A stretch of DNA of 63,003 bases, the filler included, from Phoronis australis (taxonomy: Eukaryota; Animalia; Phoronida): NCBI GenBank assembly GCA_002633005.1. It is 7 parts of 7 records of this genome, joined end to end, with 100 filler letters (N's around TTAATTAATTAA, not from the genome) between each part and the next. Parts side by side here need not be neighbours in the genome. Positions count along the whole stretch, not along the records: positions 1 to 13,476 come from NMRA01000231.1; 6 more parts are not named here. One strand, written 5' to 3'. The translations under genes and the position numbers were made by a program. The first letter of the stretch is position 1; each line of letters starts with the position of its first letter. The notes under the pieces were generated by a model. It saw only the letters and a program-made list of their open reading frames with translations, ran no database searches and was not told where the DNA came from. Positions 1 through 13,576 of this stretch are shown one piece after another.

Positions 1-1519
1 GTGCAACGCAGTGGTTTCGAAATTAGAAGTTACGTATCGACCAGGGTCAGTGCCCCCCAATAATTTTTACCTTCCTACGGGCCTGGACTCACAAAAATTT
101 AAATTTTTTTGTGAGTCACCATGCATGAATAATTGGCTGAATAGCCACCTCTGGAACTACTTTTGGCTGAATGGATGACCAGGCCATAAAATGATAATGA
201 GCCAAGACCAGTTACCTAATGCAACAAAGAATAATGTTGTTGCATCACCTAGCCTTGGGGGAAAGCTGTATACTGTATTGGCTTTAATAAAGGCTTAGAA
301 AAATTCATTTCACGGGGAGGGGACGATCATTGTGGCCTACGGCAGTTGAAACCCGGTTTCCCAAACGGGTAAAATCGGAAGCTAGGATTCATCAAATTTA
401 CGCTCTGTGACGTATTTGTAGCCTATGACAGTCTTTCTACAAAATTGTGATGCATTGCTATCAAATTCCGTTGTTGAATTGCAATAATTTTTCGAAAAAT
501 TGTGCTCATCACAGGGCGAAAACTTGCCGACTGATGCGTTGCTGAATCGCGATCGTCAATAGGAAAACTTGAATTCTTGAATAAAAATATAGTTTCGACT
601 CAACAAATTACCTGAAATCTTCCTTATGTTTTACAATTTTTATAGTTCATGTGGAGTCCAGATTAATTGCGATTAAGTCCAAATGTGGGCTACATCGTAC
701 CCCACAACACGAGAAAAATCTCTGGATGAACACACATGTTGTTGTCACCTGACGTTTGTTTTGAAGTTCGTCTGCGTATGAGAGTGAGTGAGCGTGCATG
801 TTCGGGTTATCGACGACAGACTTTTTTGTAACAAAAGGCGGAGGATTATGCAGGAAAATGGCGTTTACTAGATTGTTTTTCACTTAAACGGCTGCAACGT
901 GCAAGGTGAGTGCTGGTTAACTCACAGATTTTGTGTGCACAGGCCGACGGTCGTTAGCTCTACCGTGGAGTATTATTAGTCCAAGGCAAGGCTCTATCTA
1001 CATGTTGTGGACGAGGTGACGAGGTGAACTACTCGGGCTGTGTGAAATTTCTGGGTCTAACGGAGACACTGACGCAGTGGTCAGCCAGCTCGCTGTATCA
1101 AGACTATAGTCAAAAATCCAAATTCGTTTTGTCGTGACCCTGTCAATAATAACGGCATGCTAAAGTTTCTCAATGTTTGTACTTCAGGAACGTAACATCA
1201 CGTGTTTTATACACATACGCGCACGCCGCAGATCACATCTCGGAAATTGCCGATTTGACGGATGACAATGAATGAGCACAATGAAATTAAACAACGTCAT
1301 TTTACAGCTTGTAAGATTCATAATAAACGTATTTTGAATATTGCAATGCATGTGTTCCAAAATCTAAATAACTTGGGTCCTATATTTTTGTATTCGTGCG
1401 CGCCGATTGAAAGTAATGGTGAGTGTTGCTGTGTTGCAAAATCTCTTATCCTGGACCGATTTGAAAAATTCAAAGTTGTACTCATATTTGTTTTCGCTCC
1501 TCTTTTCAAATATTACAGT

Positions 1520-2256
1520 NNNNNNNNNNNNNNNNNNNNNNNNNNNNNNNNNNNNNNNNNNNNNNNNNNNNNNNNNNNNNNNNNNNNNNNNNNNNNNNNN
1601 NNNNNNNNNNNNNNNNNNNNNNNNNNNNNNNNNNNNNNNNNNNNNNNNNNNNNNNNNNNNNNNNNNNNNNNNNNNNNNNNNNNNNNNNNNNNNNNNNNNN
1701 NNNNNNNNNNNNNNNNNNNNNNNNNNNNNNNNNNNNNNNNNNNNNNNNNNNNNNNNNNNNNNNNNNNNNNNNNNNNNNNNNNNNNNNNNNNNNNNNNNNN
1801 NNNNNNNNNNNNNNNNNNNNNNNNNNNNNNNNNNNNNNNNNNNNNNNNNNNNNNNNNNNNNNNNNNNNNNNNNNNNNNNNNNNNNNNNNNNNNNNNNNNN
1901 NNNNNNNNNNNNNNNNNNNNNNNNNNNNNNNNNNNNNNNNNNNNNNNNNNNNNNNNNNNNNNNNNNNNNNNNNNNNNNNNNNNNNNNNNNNNNNNNNNNN
2001 NNNNNNNNNNNNNNNNNNNNNNNNNNNNNNNNNNNNNNNNNNNNNNNNNNNNNNNNNNNNNNNNNNNNNNNNNNNNNNNNNNNNNNNNNNNNNNNNNNNN
2101 NNNNNNNNNNNNNNNNNNNNNNNNNNNNNNNNNNNNNNNNNNNNNNNNNNNNNNNNNNNNNNNNNNNNNNNNNNNNNNNNNNNNNNNNNNNNNNNNNNNN
2201 NNNNNNNNNNNNNNNNNNNNNNNNNNNNNNNNNNNNNNNNNNNNNNNNNNNNNNNN
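1520..2256. other. Ordinary scaffold gap (737 N)
   Basis: Uninterrupted N run with no spacer motif. Confidence 0.99.
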
Positions 2257-4589
2257 CAGAAAATATTTGTTTTCTCTTTCTCGCTTATAATGATTTTCAA
2301 GGGTTTCCGTTATTCAATTTCGGCAAGGTCGTCGCTTTCTCGCAAAACTACCGATTGGATGATCAATTACGCACTTATTTACTCTCCGTTTTAACGTTGA
2401 TCATCGTCAATACACCTCCAAAAATTGCACATCGTCTTTGCGCAAACTACATTGAGATTTAAGTCTCCCGAAAAAAGTTGACGATCGGATAGTGTTTAAA
2501 AGTCTAATTCTAAATTTCTCCAGTTAGTGCACAAATGAAGTAAAAGAAAGTAGTTCTGCTTGTCGCGTCAGCTGTTGGTATCATTATCTCGATTTATGAC
2601 CCACAACGCGTGACTGGACAAAGCCTTTTCAATTTAGCCGGTGGAGCGTGAGACCCCTGAGGTCCCAATCGAGTCCTCACGACAACTTCGCGTTATGGGG
2701 CAAAACAAGAGCAATATGGCGGGTTTTGCCCCTCTTCCGGTGACGTCACATTGACTAACGAGAAACTGGCAAGTGAGCTATTCAATTATACATGAACTCG
2801 GGTACATGTACGAAACTGCAGAATGTAAAAGTCGTTTGCATAAAAAACAAAATAGATAATCTAACGGTTCCAAAAACACAAACCGAAAACATGCGCCTTT
2901 TCTATGAAATTCTAATGTCTTATTTTAAAAGAACGCCAGCGAAAAATGATCTTTTGGCAGAATTGGATTAAACACTGAAACAAACGAAATAGGGGATTGC
3001 ACACGCTAATGAGAAATAGCATAAATCGACCACGAGCCGTGCACAACAGCAAAGCAATGGTGGCGATTCTAAAAGCTTGCCTTGAGAAGATATCAACTTT
3101 CACAGGGCGTTCAGACTACTTGGTGTCGGGTTTGTTGCGACTCTTCAACCAATGAATGTTGGAGGAATTCACACCCGACGAAACTTCGTTTTCAACATTT
3201 TCAGTTCAGTTTTAAAACTGAATGTGTCGGCATACGTTTCCGCAGCTTTTCGTGCTCAAAAACGTCGCATTTCGTTAGTCAAATGACCGACTTTCACCTT
3301 TCAGTGATTGAAGAGGTATTTCAAGTTCGGATTATACACATTTCCTTAAAGTGCGAATTTCAGCTTTAAAAATTCGAAAAGTTTTGCATGTTCACATGCA
3401 GCACCTAAAATTCTCTTGCAAGAAGGTCATCGATCACCACCCACGAATGCAAAATGTGTTGCAAGCTGGTACGCGTTGTCCCTTTATGCTTGGGTTGCAT
3501 CACCTTTCATACATTACAAGCTCGTATGGTGAAACATTCAATATATTCGCTCTTCAGTTATTCGCTCCTATATACCTGTTTTGCATTGTTCTATTATAAT
3601 ATATCACCTTTCATCTTACATAAATTATCCTGTATCATCTCATATTATCTGACGTTTCGCTGTTTCGAACTCGTGCTCACGGCGCGCTTTTAACCGCAGA
3701 TTCGTAGCTGGTTTCTTTCAGGCTCCCGACAGGTCAACAGTGGAACTTGCACGCCAATTCATTATCTCTGTGATTACCTCGTCAAATTAGTTACAAACGC
3801 AGCATATAGTGACGACGGTGAATATGAAGTATATTGAAAATTGCCGAACGTTTTTCACAGGAACATGTTTTGTGTCTAAAATGATCCGCTGTAAAAACCA
3901 CTCAACCGTGTCCATTACATGTTAGTATCGTGACATGGTGTTGTGGAATAACAATGCATGATGCGGGCCTTATGAGCTCCCAAGGTCATTGGTGCATTCC
4001 ACCACTTGGATGTGACTTGCATTAACATAGTTAGGAGCACGCAAATACATCTTTAACCCCCCCCCCGACCTAATTAATTACACAAGGCAAATTCAGTTGA
4101 CATTTTGAGTGAACGTTGAATATATAGGTAACAAGTTTATTGACCAACAACCAGTCTGCAGCTAATAAACGGACACCTTGGCATTAGGCCACAACGTGTT
4201 TTGCGAGTTAATTTGGTATAGAAACAAAACTAAACGGGTAATCGAAAATTCCTAACGGTATTTTAAGGTAAATTGTGAAGTTTTCGTTCGAATAGGGATT
4301 CATTAAAATCGATCAAAGGATTATTTTGCTATGGACGTACCTTTACTGAAAATAAAATTTTGACTTAGAAATATGGTAACGTGATCATAATAATGGCACG
4401 GAAATACAAACAGTTTTTGTTATTTCTGATCTTGTTTTCGGAGAATAGATACGTTACTAGTTGACAGAGCCTGTTTTTGATATATGAGTTCGAATGCAGG
4501 TCACTAAAAAAGGTTTGAGGTAACCTTAACCACTACCATTTACAAATGACAATTCCCCAACTTTCAGTTTTCTGTTTACAATAAGTCAT

Positions 4590-4606
4590 GTATACATACA
4601 TCCACG

Positions 4607-4637
<31 letters not shown>

Positions 4638-4660
4638 GTACATACATACATAAATACGTA
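4590..4660. repeat. (CATA)n microsatellite
   Basis: Imperfect catacatacata run. Confidence 0.9.
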
Positions 4661-4784
4661 TAGCCAGGTAGCAGCCCTTCTCGTAGAATGATTTAATTAT
4701 TAAACCAAATATACACTTGCATACACGCGTACAGAAAAACAGCTAGCGTCACCTTGTGGCGGGTCTTTTCTGACACGTGACGAG

Positions 4785-4935
4785 TCAATCTAACACGCTG
4801 ACGCGCCAGTGATGTTGTCGGTCTTCTTAAAAGAACCAATCATTGTTAAGGTTATACAGTGTGTTGACCAAACCAATGAGATCGTCATGTTTACAAAGGC
4901 TGAGCAATTGACGCAAAGAAAAACATATAAAAAAT
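4785..4935 (+). promoter_or_regulatory. Possible Pol II promoter (TGACG half-sites, two CCAAT boxes, TATA-like CATATAAAAA)
   Basis: tgacgc, aaccaatca, aaccaatga, ttgacgc and catataaaaa occur in plausible order; no recognisable downstream CDS. Confidence 0.3.
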
Positions 4936-5209
4936 GGTCAGCACTGCCTCGCATAAAAACACAACCTACACAGTAGCACTGAGCAAGACTAGTACATCTT
5001 CACTGATTAAGCAAATAGAGCTACAAGGACTCAACAACTGCTGGCGCAGACAAGGTCACAGATATCAAGTCTTCGTCACTCACAGCGTTGCCCTCGTTTA
5101 CTGGGAAGCAGTCTTTCGTTTATAACATTTTTGACTGTATAGGCCTACATGCAACTCTAACCCAGAAGCCACCGTTGTACTTTTGCAAGGTGCTACACTC
5201 TACAGACCA

Positions 5210-5353
5210 ACATACTTGACGGAATTCGAAGAATTCCGCCAAGTAACAAACTTAGTGGAAGAGCAACATACTTGGCGAAATTTATTTCGCCTAGTAAAAA
5301 ACTTGCTGTCAGACCAACATACTTGGCGGAATTCGAAGAATTCCGCCAAGTTA
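5210..5353 (-). mobile_element. Short Helentron/HINE-like non-autonomous element made of hairpins
   Basis: Hairpins tacttggcggaattcgaagaattccgccaagt (two copies) and ttggcgaaatttatttcgcc; the reverse complement matches the start of the element at 37093. Confidence 0.55.
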
Positions 5354-7929
5354 TAAGATTGATCACGCCTGGAATATCATTCACGTCTTCATGTGTGACA
5401 CTTTCATGTTGTTGTTGGTAACAAGCCATCGGAAAGACATACTGTAACTGACCCGACCTGGCAGCCATTCTTTGTTATAGGCAAACCTGACTGAAGCACC
5501 AGCAAACTGGCATTGATTTCAGTACCGCTAGGATCGACTTCGCTGTACAGTAAGACTTCGCAAGATTGCGTGAGATGTTGCCATGTATTTTAAAAGAGAA
5601 GGCGTGATCTTGGCTGGATTTTAGCAAGGTCCTATCGTTACTGAGCTCTACCCAGTGAAAAAAACAGGTTAAAACTGGTCGTGCAGAACACTGAGATAGT
5701 CCTAATGGCTACCAAGAGCACTTGATCGTTGTTTTCTTTTTCTCTTTGCAGGTACCGGTTACTACAAAAAGCAACACAATATTGGAAATACTTTTTTGAA
5801 AATAATTATTTTGAAATTGCGATTACTGGTTAAAAACTTCATTTTCGTAATAGGAAAAGAGGGGCACGAATTTCAGTGGGCGAAGGACATTGCACGAACA
5901 CTACTCCTCAATGTACACCTTCAAACGTCATTTGAGGGTTTGCGTACAATACATGGCCAGGTACTGGGTACGTCAAAAAGAGGCGTGTATTAGACTCCAT
6001 TTGCTGGAAGACAACACGATGTGAGACATGCGTTTCGCAGAAGCTGATGTATTTTACATGCCAAGGCCACTGCGCAAAGTTTGCCACAATCTGTTTGCAC
6101 AGCAATCGACTCCACGCTCTACTATGATGAGAATAGTACTAAGATAATTTGATTGAGGACTTTGTTCGCTACAACAAAACACGTGAAACGTACATTCTTG
6201 AATAGATCTGTAAATTTGAATTTGAGGTATGGTAATAAAGACACATTGCGTGAATGTGCTTCGTGATATTGCAACCATCACTTTTCTGTACGGCGAAATG
6301 GATTGTACGTTCAACAAAAAGTGAAATGAGGTATTTATGAACAAAAAAATGAATGGCAATAGCAAATAATATTTAAATGCATTGATAACCGTACAACACA
6401 GGTTTACGTAATGCGTTTGTTTCAGTATTCAAGCATGTATCACCAGGGCAACTTCCTGTGTTTAGCGTAAACACAGAGAAAACTGATTACCGTATACTAG
6501 CTGGTACCCGTGTTCGATTTCGAGTACAGATTACACCCGGCCCCTAGACCAATGGAATGCCTTATGGCGTTTTCCCGTTAGGGGAACTTCGATTTACCGA
6601 AGCTTTGCCGAAACATCGCTAGGCTTTCCGACTAGAAGGAAATATCGAAGTTATCGCTAAGATACCAGACGACGCACCTCATTCGCACTCCCAGACGAAT
6701 ATTGAGCAGTGGGTTCGAGGCTAACTGAAAGGTGTTCTGCTGCCTTTACGAATGTCAATCTTCATCAGATACGCATTATTCTATTGATGTACGTGTGTCT
6801 ATTGGGAGTTCGTCGGATATGTTACTACAACGAAAAACAAGCTTTGCGAGTCTCTCGTGATCATATATCGTTGCTGCAACCTCTACCGAAATTTCGCTCT
6901 AACTTTCCCACTACACCGAAGTTTCGTTTAGTACCGAAGCTTCGTTTTGAAATCCTGTAATTTTCAGCGGCTGGTGTTTCGCTTGCAGATTAACTACCGG
7001 AGCTAACCTTTCCCAGCTGACGAAACTTCAGTAAAAGCGAAGATTTTCGGCGCGTTTTTTCCATTCATCAAACCTTAGTAAGTGTTCTGTCGCAAAGCCA
7101 TCTTTTGAGGCTAAAAGACCAGCTTTGAGTTATGCAATTTCTGATTGGAACATGGTGCCCAATTCAATTATGCAAATACAAACATCTGGGATGAAAGATT
7201 CTCCAGAAAGCAATTTACCAGCAGAACGCAATGTGCTGGTTCTGTAAATGACACTCTTCACATTAAGGGATAGCAAACCCGGAGTTGGCTTATCAACAGA
7301 TACTAAAAACGATATTACCGTCCAGTTCTCTGAAACAAAAATAATACACTCATCAAAAGTTTTGAAGAAAATATGAATACTCCTTTAATCTGCTAAACGG
7401 GCAAGCGTGACCTATATTTTTGCGAAACACACGGCAACTGTGGGAAAAGACCACGCACCGAGGACCATAATGTCCAATTTGAGAAATAGGGGCTATGCAT
7501 TTTTAATTGATTCCTGCTTTCATCTTTCAAGACTGACGTCAGTGATGCATTAGCATGTGACAGAACGCCGGGGACCGAGGATTGGTTGAAATTATCAAAA
7601 CAGGGTTTAGTATCCATTAACTCTTTGAATCTTTATTAAATCTAGACAAAGACGGAATTATGTGTTTCGTGTAAGCCTACCAACCACCAGAAGGCTCAAG
7701 TTGCTATGTTGAAGAGAAAAATGGTATCTTGTTGCTAGGCAACAAGTTGGTAGATTTAAGTTGTTTATAGTGATCATCATTTACTTGTTCTATGGGCGAT
7801 TTTAACGCGCGTGTTCGTAATTTGAAAGATTATACATATATATAGTATATGACAGTGCAAATTACCTCCTCTGCCAAGAACGGTATACCCTGATAGCTTT
7901 AGTATTCATAGGAAAACTACTGATGACGT

Positions 7930-10150
7930 AATTAACACCTTTGGTAAGAGTCTTGTGGAGCTCAGCTGTGAACTTGACCTTTATATCATGAACGGTAGAC
8001 GTGAGGATGATGCGAAAGGTCACCCGTTATGCATCAGATTTGTATGAACATGTATTTAAGTTTAAGGTAGATTTATTTGACGGGTACTCTGACACCAGGT
8101 GTGAATTACTCAGTACTGCTACCAGTTAAACAGGGTGACTCTGAGTCAAATGCCAGAACGTATGAGAAAATTGTGAGGTCCGTGGACAAGGTATCCTCAT
8201 TTGAGACTTAATTTACCGAGTATTTCAATGATTTTTTCAAAGGAATTTTATCATTTGAATGAAAATAATTTGGTGGACGAAGCACTGCATAATCTGTCCC
8301 GTTTGTACAAATGTGCTACATCTAATATGATCTCGCAGTCCAGTAAATCTAGAAAGAGCAACAATTTAAAGTCTCAACCACCTTATCCCACGATGGGAGT
8401 TAAGGGAAATAAGAAGAAAGTTTCAGGCTCTTTATAAATTTTGCCACGGCAGTCCAGGTCTGTCAGTGACCTAGAATTTTACAAGTCAAGAGAGAGTACC
8501 GAAAGTTGATTAGAGCCAAGAAACAACAGCAGAATTCAGATATATTGAATAAGATAATAAATAGCACAAATGATACAACGAAAACAATTCTGGAATTTAG
8601 TGAAAGCAAACTTACGCAAAAACAAATCCTATGTCCTCGATCACGCCTGATATATGGTTCCTATCCGTTACTTTGATGATTTACATGTATTAAATCAGAA
8701 ACTTCTAATCGGTGAAGATGTACAACATAATGATGTTTAAGTTTTGAATGCCCACAGCAACTTTTGAGAACACTGTGAAGCAAATGAACCTGAATCTTTG
8801 AATTGTGTTTTTTCTTTGACTGAGATCGAAAGGGTTATTCAATCGCTCACCAGCGGAAAGTTGGCGGGTATTGATGGCTTGGTTGTCTAAGTGTTAATGT
8901 GCACCAGTACTCAAATAAGTCTTTTACCGGTGAAACTGCAAAAACTACTGTGTGCTTTAAATAAGTTCTGCCAGGAATGGGGCATGTCTGTGAATTTAGT
9001 AAAAACCAAAGTCATGGTGTTTAGAAACGGAGGTCCCCTGAAAAATTGCGAGAGGTGGTATTTTGGAGGTGAAAAACTCGAAGCGGTTTCTACTTAAAAT
9101 ATCTTGGTGTTGCGTTCACGCCAAAGTTAATGTAGTCTATGGCTACTCATACCCTGTCGGCCCACGAAGGTCGCCATTACAGTCGACAAGCTACTGTACA
9201 AAGAAGCTTGACCATGTTTCACTGAACCGCGTGTGGCTTTTGAGATTTTTGATAAAATGATTTACCCTACTCTGTGCTATGGAGCCGACGTATGGGACTT
9301 TCAACTAAGAAGTGGTTAGAACAAGTGCATATTCAATTTTGTAAGCGTTTGTTGAGTGCAGCTAATTCATATTCAAACGATGTTGTACTGAGCGAATGTG
9401 GTCGGTGGCTGTTATTTACTAAGTACTATTGCCGTGATCAAGTATTGGATCAAACTTCTCAAAATGCCTCCTCATCGTAACTCAAGGGCAGCTTACGACA
9501 ATTTGCTTGACTTAGATCAAAATGGTCGGCACTCCCGAAATTGGGCCACAACAGTTAGACTTATATTGTCAAATTATGGATTCCACGAAGCTTGGTTAAA
9601 TCAAGGGGTTGTGTGTGAAAATACTTTTCTGCTAGTTTTTAGACAGCGAATAGGGGATTGTTATATGCAAGGATGGAGACAGAGTGTTGAGAGTAATCCT
9701 AAACTATGTATTTATAAACAATTTAAAAAGGAATTCAAATTAGAAAAAAATTTAAGTTTGAGTATACCCCGTGCACAAATTTTGTCCATGGCACGTTTTA
9801 GTTGTTCCAGCCACAGTCTCCTGAATTAAGTAGGCACTTGGATTGGGATAGGGCAAACAGTGTATCCCTTCTGCCCCAATGTTTTAGAAGACGAGTATCG
9901 TTTCCTTCTAACCTGTGATTATTCTGAACAGAGAGAAAATTATATCGAAGTGTACTACTGGAATTTTCCGTCTTTAAGTTCAACAGATTGTTGTCAACAA
10001 GTCATGATGCTAAATTAGTTAATCTATGTACATGTAAATATGTATTTTACACTAAAGCGTCTCCGTGATAGCTTGCTGCACTCTTATGTATGTTACACGT
10101 TGTTCTTTTGTACAGTGGGCCTATGGCCTTTATTACAGAAACTGACTGAA
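7930..10150 (+). mobile_element. Decayed non-LTR retrotransposon ORF2 plus 3' end (RTE-X/L2-like)
   Basis: Endonuclease remnant NTFGKSLVEL...LYIMNGR; KLQKLLCALNKFCQEWGMSVNLVKTKVMVF; KYLGV; IKYWIKLLKM; KLCIYKQFK; ARFSCSSHSL; EDEYRF; multiple stops and frameshifts; RT core largely deleted. Confidence 0.9.
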
Positions 10151-12290
10151 TACAAATGCAACTCATCTCAAAGTTGGACGATTGTTTTCGTTCGACGTTG
10201 CTAGAACGTAGTTCCGTTAGACGATGGTCCAGCTTTGTTGCGACTATGAAATCGCGACTTTGCAATTTAAAAATGAACAGCCATAACCAAACTGGACATC
10301 TGAGACGCATATATATTAGCAGTATCCCGCTCAGGGACCTGGCTCAAAACCTGAAGTGCTGACATCAGCCAAGGCTGATCGTACCCGACCGGAGCATAGA
10401 ACTCTAGCCCTGAAATGTCGCGCCATCTCCTGTACGTGACCAACGTATTCCATTATTAGAGCTCAGCTCCGAGACTAGCCCCTAGAGTTTGCAATGTGAC
10501 TTTCCGGCTGTCTGCTCTACTGAGTGATGATCGAGTGTAAAATCAAGCCTAAATTCGTTGCTTCACTCTCATTTTGACATTTTGTTCAGCAACCGAGACT
10601 CTTGAGCTTGATTCTAGGCAACCAGCGAGTTCCAGGCAAGATAAGTCAACAAACCCGAAAATTACATTGGACATTCTTAATACGCACCAACCCGTGGCCC
10701 TGGAAATGGTTTGACCTGTGACATCTTTTCATCCCCAGTTTTACAACAACTTTAGACTTCCTATCAAACCACATGCTAGGAGTTTTTCCACGAGACATTT
10801 TAGGTGTTAAAGTCATGTTACTGTATTTTACGGTAGAAAGTGACATTAGGTTTCTGAATTTTTGTTTTGCAAGTATAAATGAAGAGCTTATCCCCCACTA
10901 TGAGCAGGTGGGTGTGCGTGACTTTCGAAAAACTAATCATATTTGCGTAGCTAAGTGTGTGTGTTTGTATTTATATAAATTATTACTGTTTCAATTGTTT
11001 CTATAATAATTCATTTGTACATTGTTTACCTGTTGCCCAGATACTCTTTTTTAATTCAATTTCTGAGCCGTGAATTTTATCTGAAGTATGTAGTTATACC
11101 CGTGAAATAAATTTAAAAAATAAAATGTACAGTATGGCTTATAAAAAATCCAACGCAATACTTTGTGCTGCTGCCAATGTACACTGTATTTGCCAATATT
11201 CCTGCTCTTGGCAGATTATCCCACTTTTTGAATTTTCTGCCATCCCGCCACAACATCCAGAGGTCCCGATTTTTTCACAAGGCGACACTGGCATATTATA
11301 TCATATACTACTGTAATTTCCCACACGACATAGCACTATTTTCCCGTTCGACTAAAAAGAAAGTACAGGACATTAATTAAAATTTAATAAAATAATGGAA
11401 GCAGGCACATGGAAACGTATTCCGTACAACTAGTTTAAATGTGAACGACTCAATATACCACGTAGCCCACAAAAACTGTAAAAATATTGTTTCAGGTTTA
11501 TCTGCTGTACACATAGGAAAAGCCTACACAGACCTGAATGTCGGAAATGGGTTGAAACAGCGTTATTTAATGGCTGCAGGATTTATAATCATTCAAACAT
11601 GCCCGATCCCTTCAATGATTAAGATAGAGGTGTAATGTTTGGATCTATACGAGAGAGCAGCTCCCTGCTTTCAATAAAATTCACACTTGAATTAATATTT
11701 GCATTTTTGAATTCAAAATGGGGGCAAACATTTTCGAGCAGAAACCTCAAATTAACTCATGGACTAGAATAAAACGTGTCTGTACGACAATTATTGACTA
11801 AGTTATAGCCGTTTTCATGATTTTTAAAACGTTCTAATAGCCCTCGTGGAAATGACGTGGTTTTAACACATTTCCGGTGGTCAAAGGTTATCCCGTTAAT
11901 AAAGTACACCCCGGTGGATATAAACCGCTGCAAAACATTATGTTGCAATTTTTGGGGACCCAGTGGTATTGTGCCACAAGTTGACTAGTTACATATACAC
12001 ATCAATGATCTTGGCCCCATCTCAAATTCCTGAGCCTGCCTCTGAAATTTGATAACATTTGATACTATTTTTCTTGCCAATGCGCGAGATAGATCTTTCT
12101 GGTTTGCTAGAAGTGTGGAGACCATTTTTATCACAGTAAATGTTCGCGACGCAATTTGTGTGGTAAACTAACCTAGTCTACGCTTGTAGTGTGGGCATGC
12201 AAGTTTCAATGTACGTAGGTGTACGTGCGCCTCACTTTTAGCTAATACCGCAACTCCGAAATCTGTAATGTCCGGGTTTAAAATGCTTAC

Positions 12291-12353
12291 CTTTTTATAC
12301 CTGGTGAACCGTCATCTGTCAACAACGATGAAGACACCGACTGAGCAAATGAC
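12291..12353 (-). other. Isolated candidate exon (63 nt; open frame SFAQSVSSSLLTDDGSPGIKR), host transcript unknown
   Basis: tcttacag acceptor and gtaagc donor on the minus strand. Confidence 0.3.
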
Positions 12354-13476
12354 CTGTAAGATCGATAACGAATAATATTAAGTAGAGCTCGCTGCTTTGC
12401 GGCAGAATATTCCATAAATAGTCCACTTCTGGGAATTCATTACATCGTCTGTGACATATTTACTCGCCTTAGGCAGGTGTTAAACTAAAGCCATGACCAT
12501 CAGTGATAGAGCTTGGTACGGCTGAAGCCATTTTTACTAGAATATGTGCGCGAACTTTCTATCTGACCACACAGCAATACGCAGCGGATTTACGTCTCTT
12601 ATCTCTTGAACAGAGATAACAACCAATGAGTACGCGTACCTTGATATCAGTGCGACATGAGTGTAGTAGGACAACATTTTTCATTGCTTAGTGGGCATTG
12701 TCCTAGAGTGAACGAGACGATATATATAACTAGTATACAGTGTAGTAGTTAGCATAACCTGAACACTGAGCAGTATGGCACATCAGCAACAAGCTACTGT
12801 AGATCTAGCCGAATTTTTAACGGGACTTGCTGGTAATTTCACCTGAAATGTTATGAATTTCTTGAGCGAGACATCACTGGCGTCAACCGTCTTCTCACGA
12901 GATGTTCATGGGTTTCGAGCCTGGGTGAGCAGGACAGAAAACATGGCCGTAATTTTTCCCAATAACGATCCAAGGAAACAAATTTTAATTGCATATCAAA
13001 GATCGGGGGTTGAAGTTTCGGCATTTATTAAAGGCGAAGGCAACCTTTTTCCATGTCATTTTGAGCTAAATAAGGTTGGTTGGTTATCCTAGACATATAT
13101 ATTTTCCACTTAATTACAACTTTTTGTAATTTTATTAAAGTCCTTGTTGCAAACTGCCCATGTGGTTTCAGTATCCGAAAATACTTACTACATAAATTCT
13201 TATTTTCGACACCCTTTCTTTATATTCTTTTCGCCTTTCATGCCAAAAGCGATTTTTTAACAGTATTTGACCCTTCTCTCTGAGCGTATGATTACCGGTT
13301 GTCATCGGTTATTTCCGTACCCACATTTCCGGCTCATCAGTTCAGGAACTTGTCCTGAACGCCGCCATTTTTTCCTTGTAACTGAATGTGCTATGGCTTG
13401 CTCGAAAAGTCTTCATTATTTTGTTTTATTAGTAATATATCGCGATTCGTTTGCATATGTAGTGTATTTATAGTTT

Positions 13477-13576
13477 NNNNNNNNNNNNNNNNNNNNNNNN
13501 NNNNNNNNNNNNNNNNNNNNTTAATTAATTAANNNNNNNNNNNNNNNNNNNNNNNNNNNNNNNNNNNNNNNNNNNN
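13477..13576. other. Artificial contig spacer N44-TTAATTAATTAA-N44
   Basis: The identical 100-nt block recurs at 17074, 40461, 45833, 58754 and 61178. Confidence 0.98.

Noticed and set aside
976-1107. TAGTC...GACTA-bounded small element
   Set aside because: The terminal match is too short and there is no clear TSD or second copy in the window
1262-2462. Long ORFs of 264-351 aa
   Set aside because: They are open only because they run through the N gap
13521-13532. TTAATTAATTAA as a biological motif (piggyBac site or homeodomain site)
   Set aside because: Always centred in exactly 44+44 N, so it is an assembly linker
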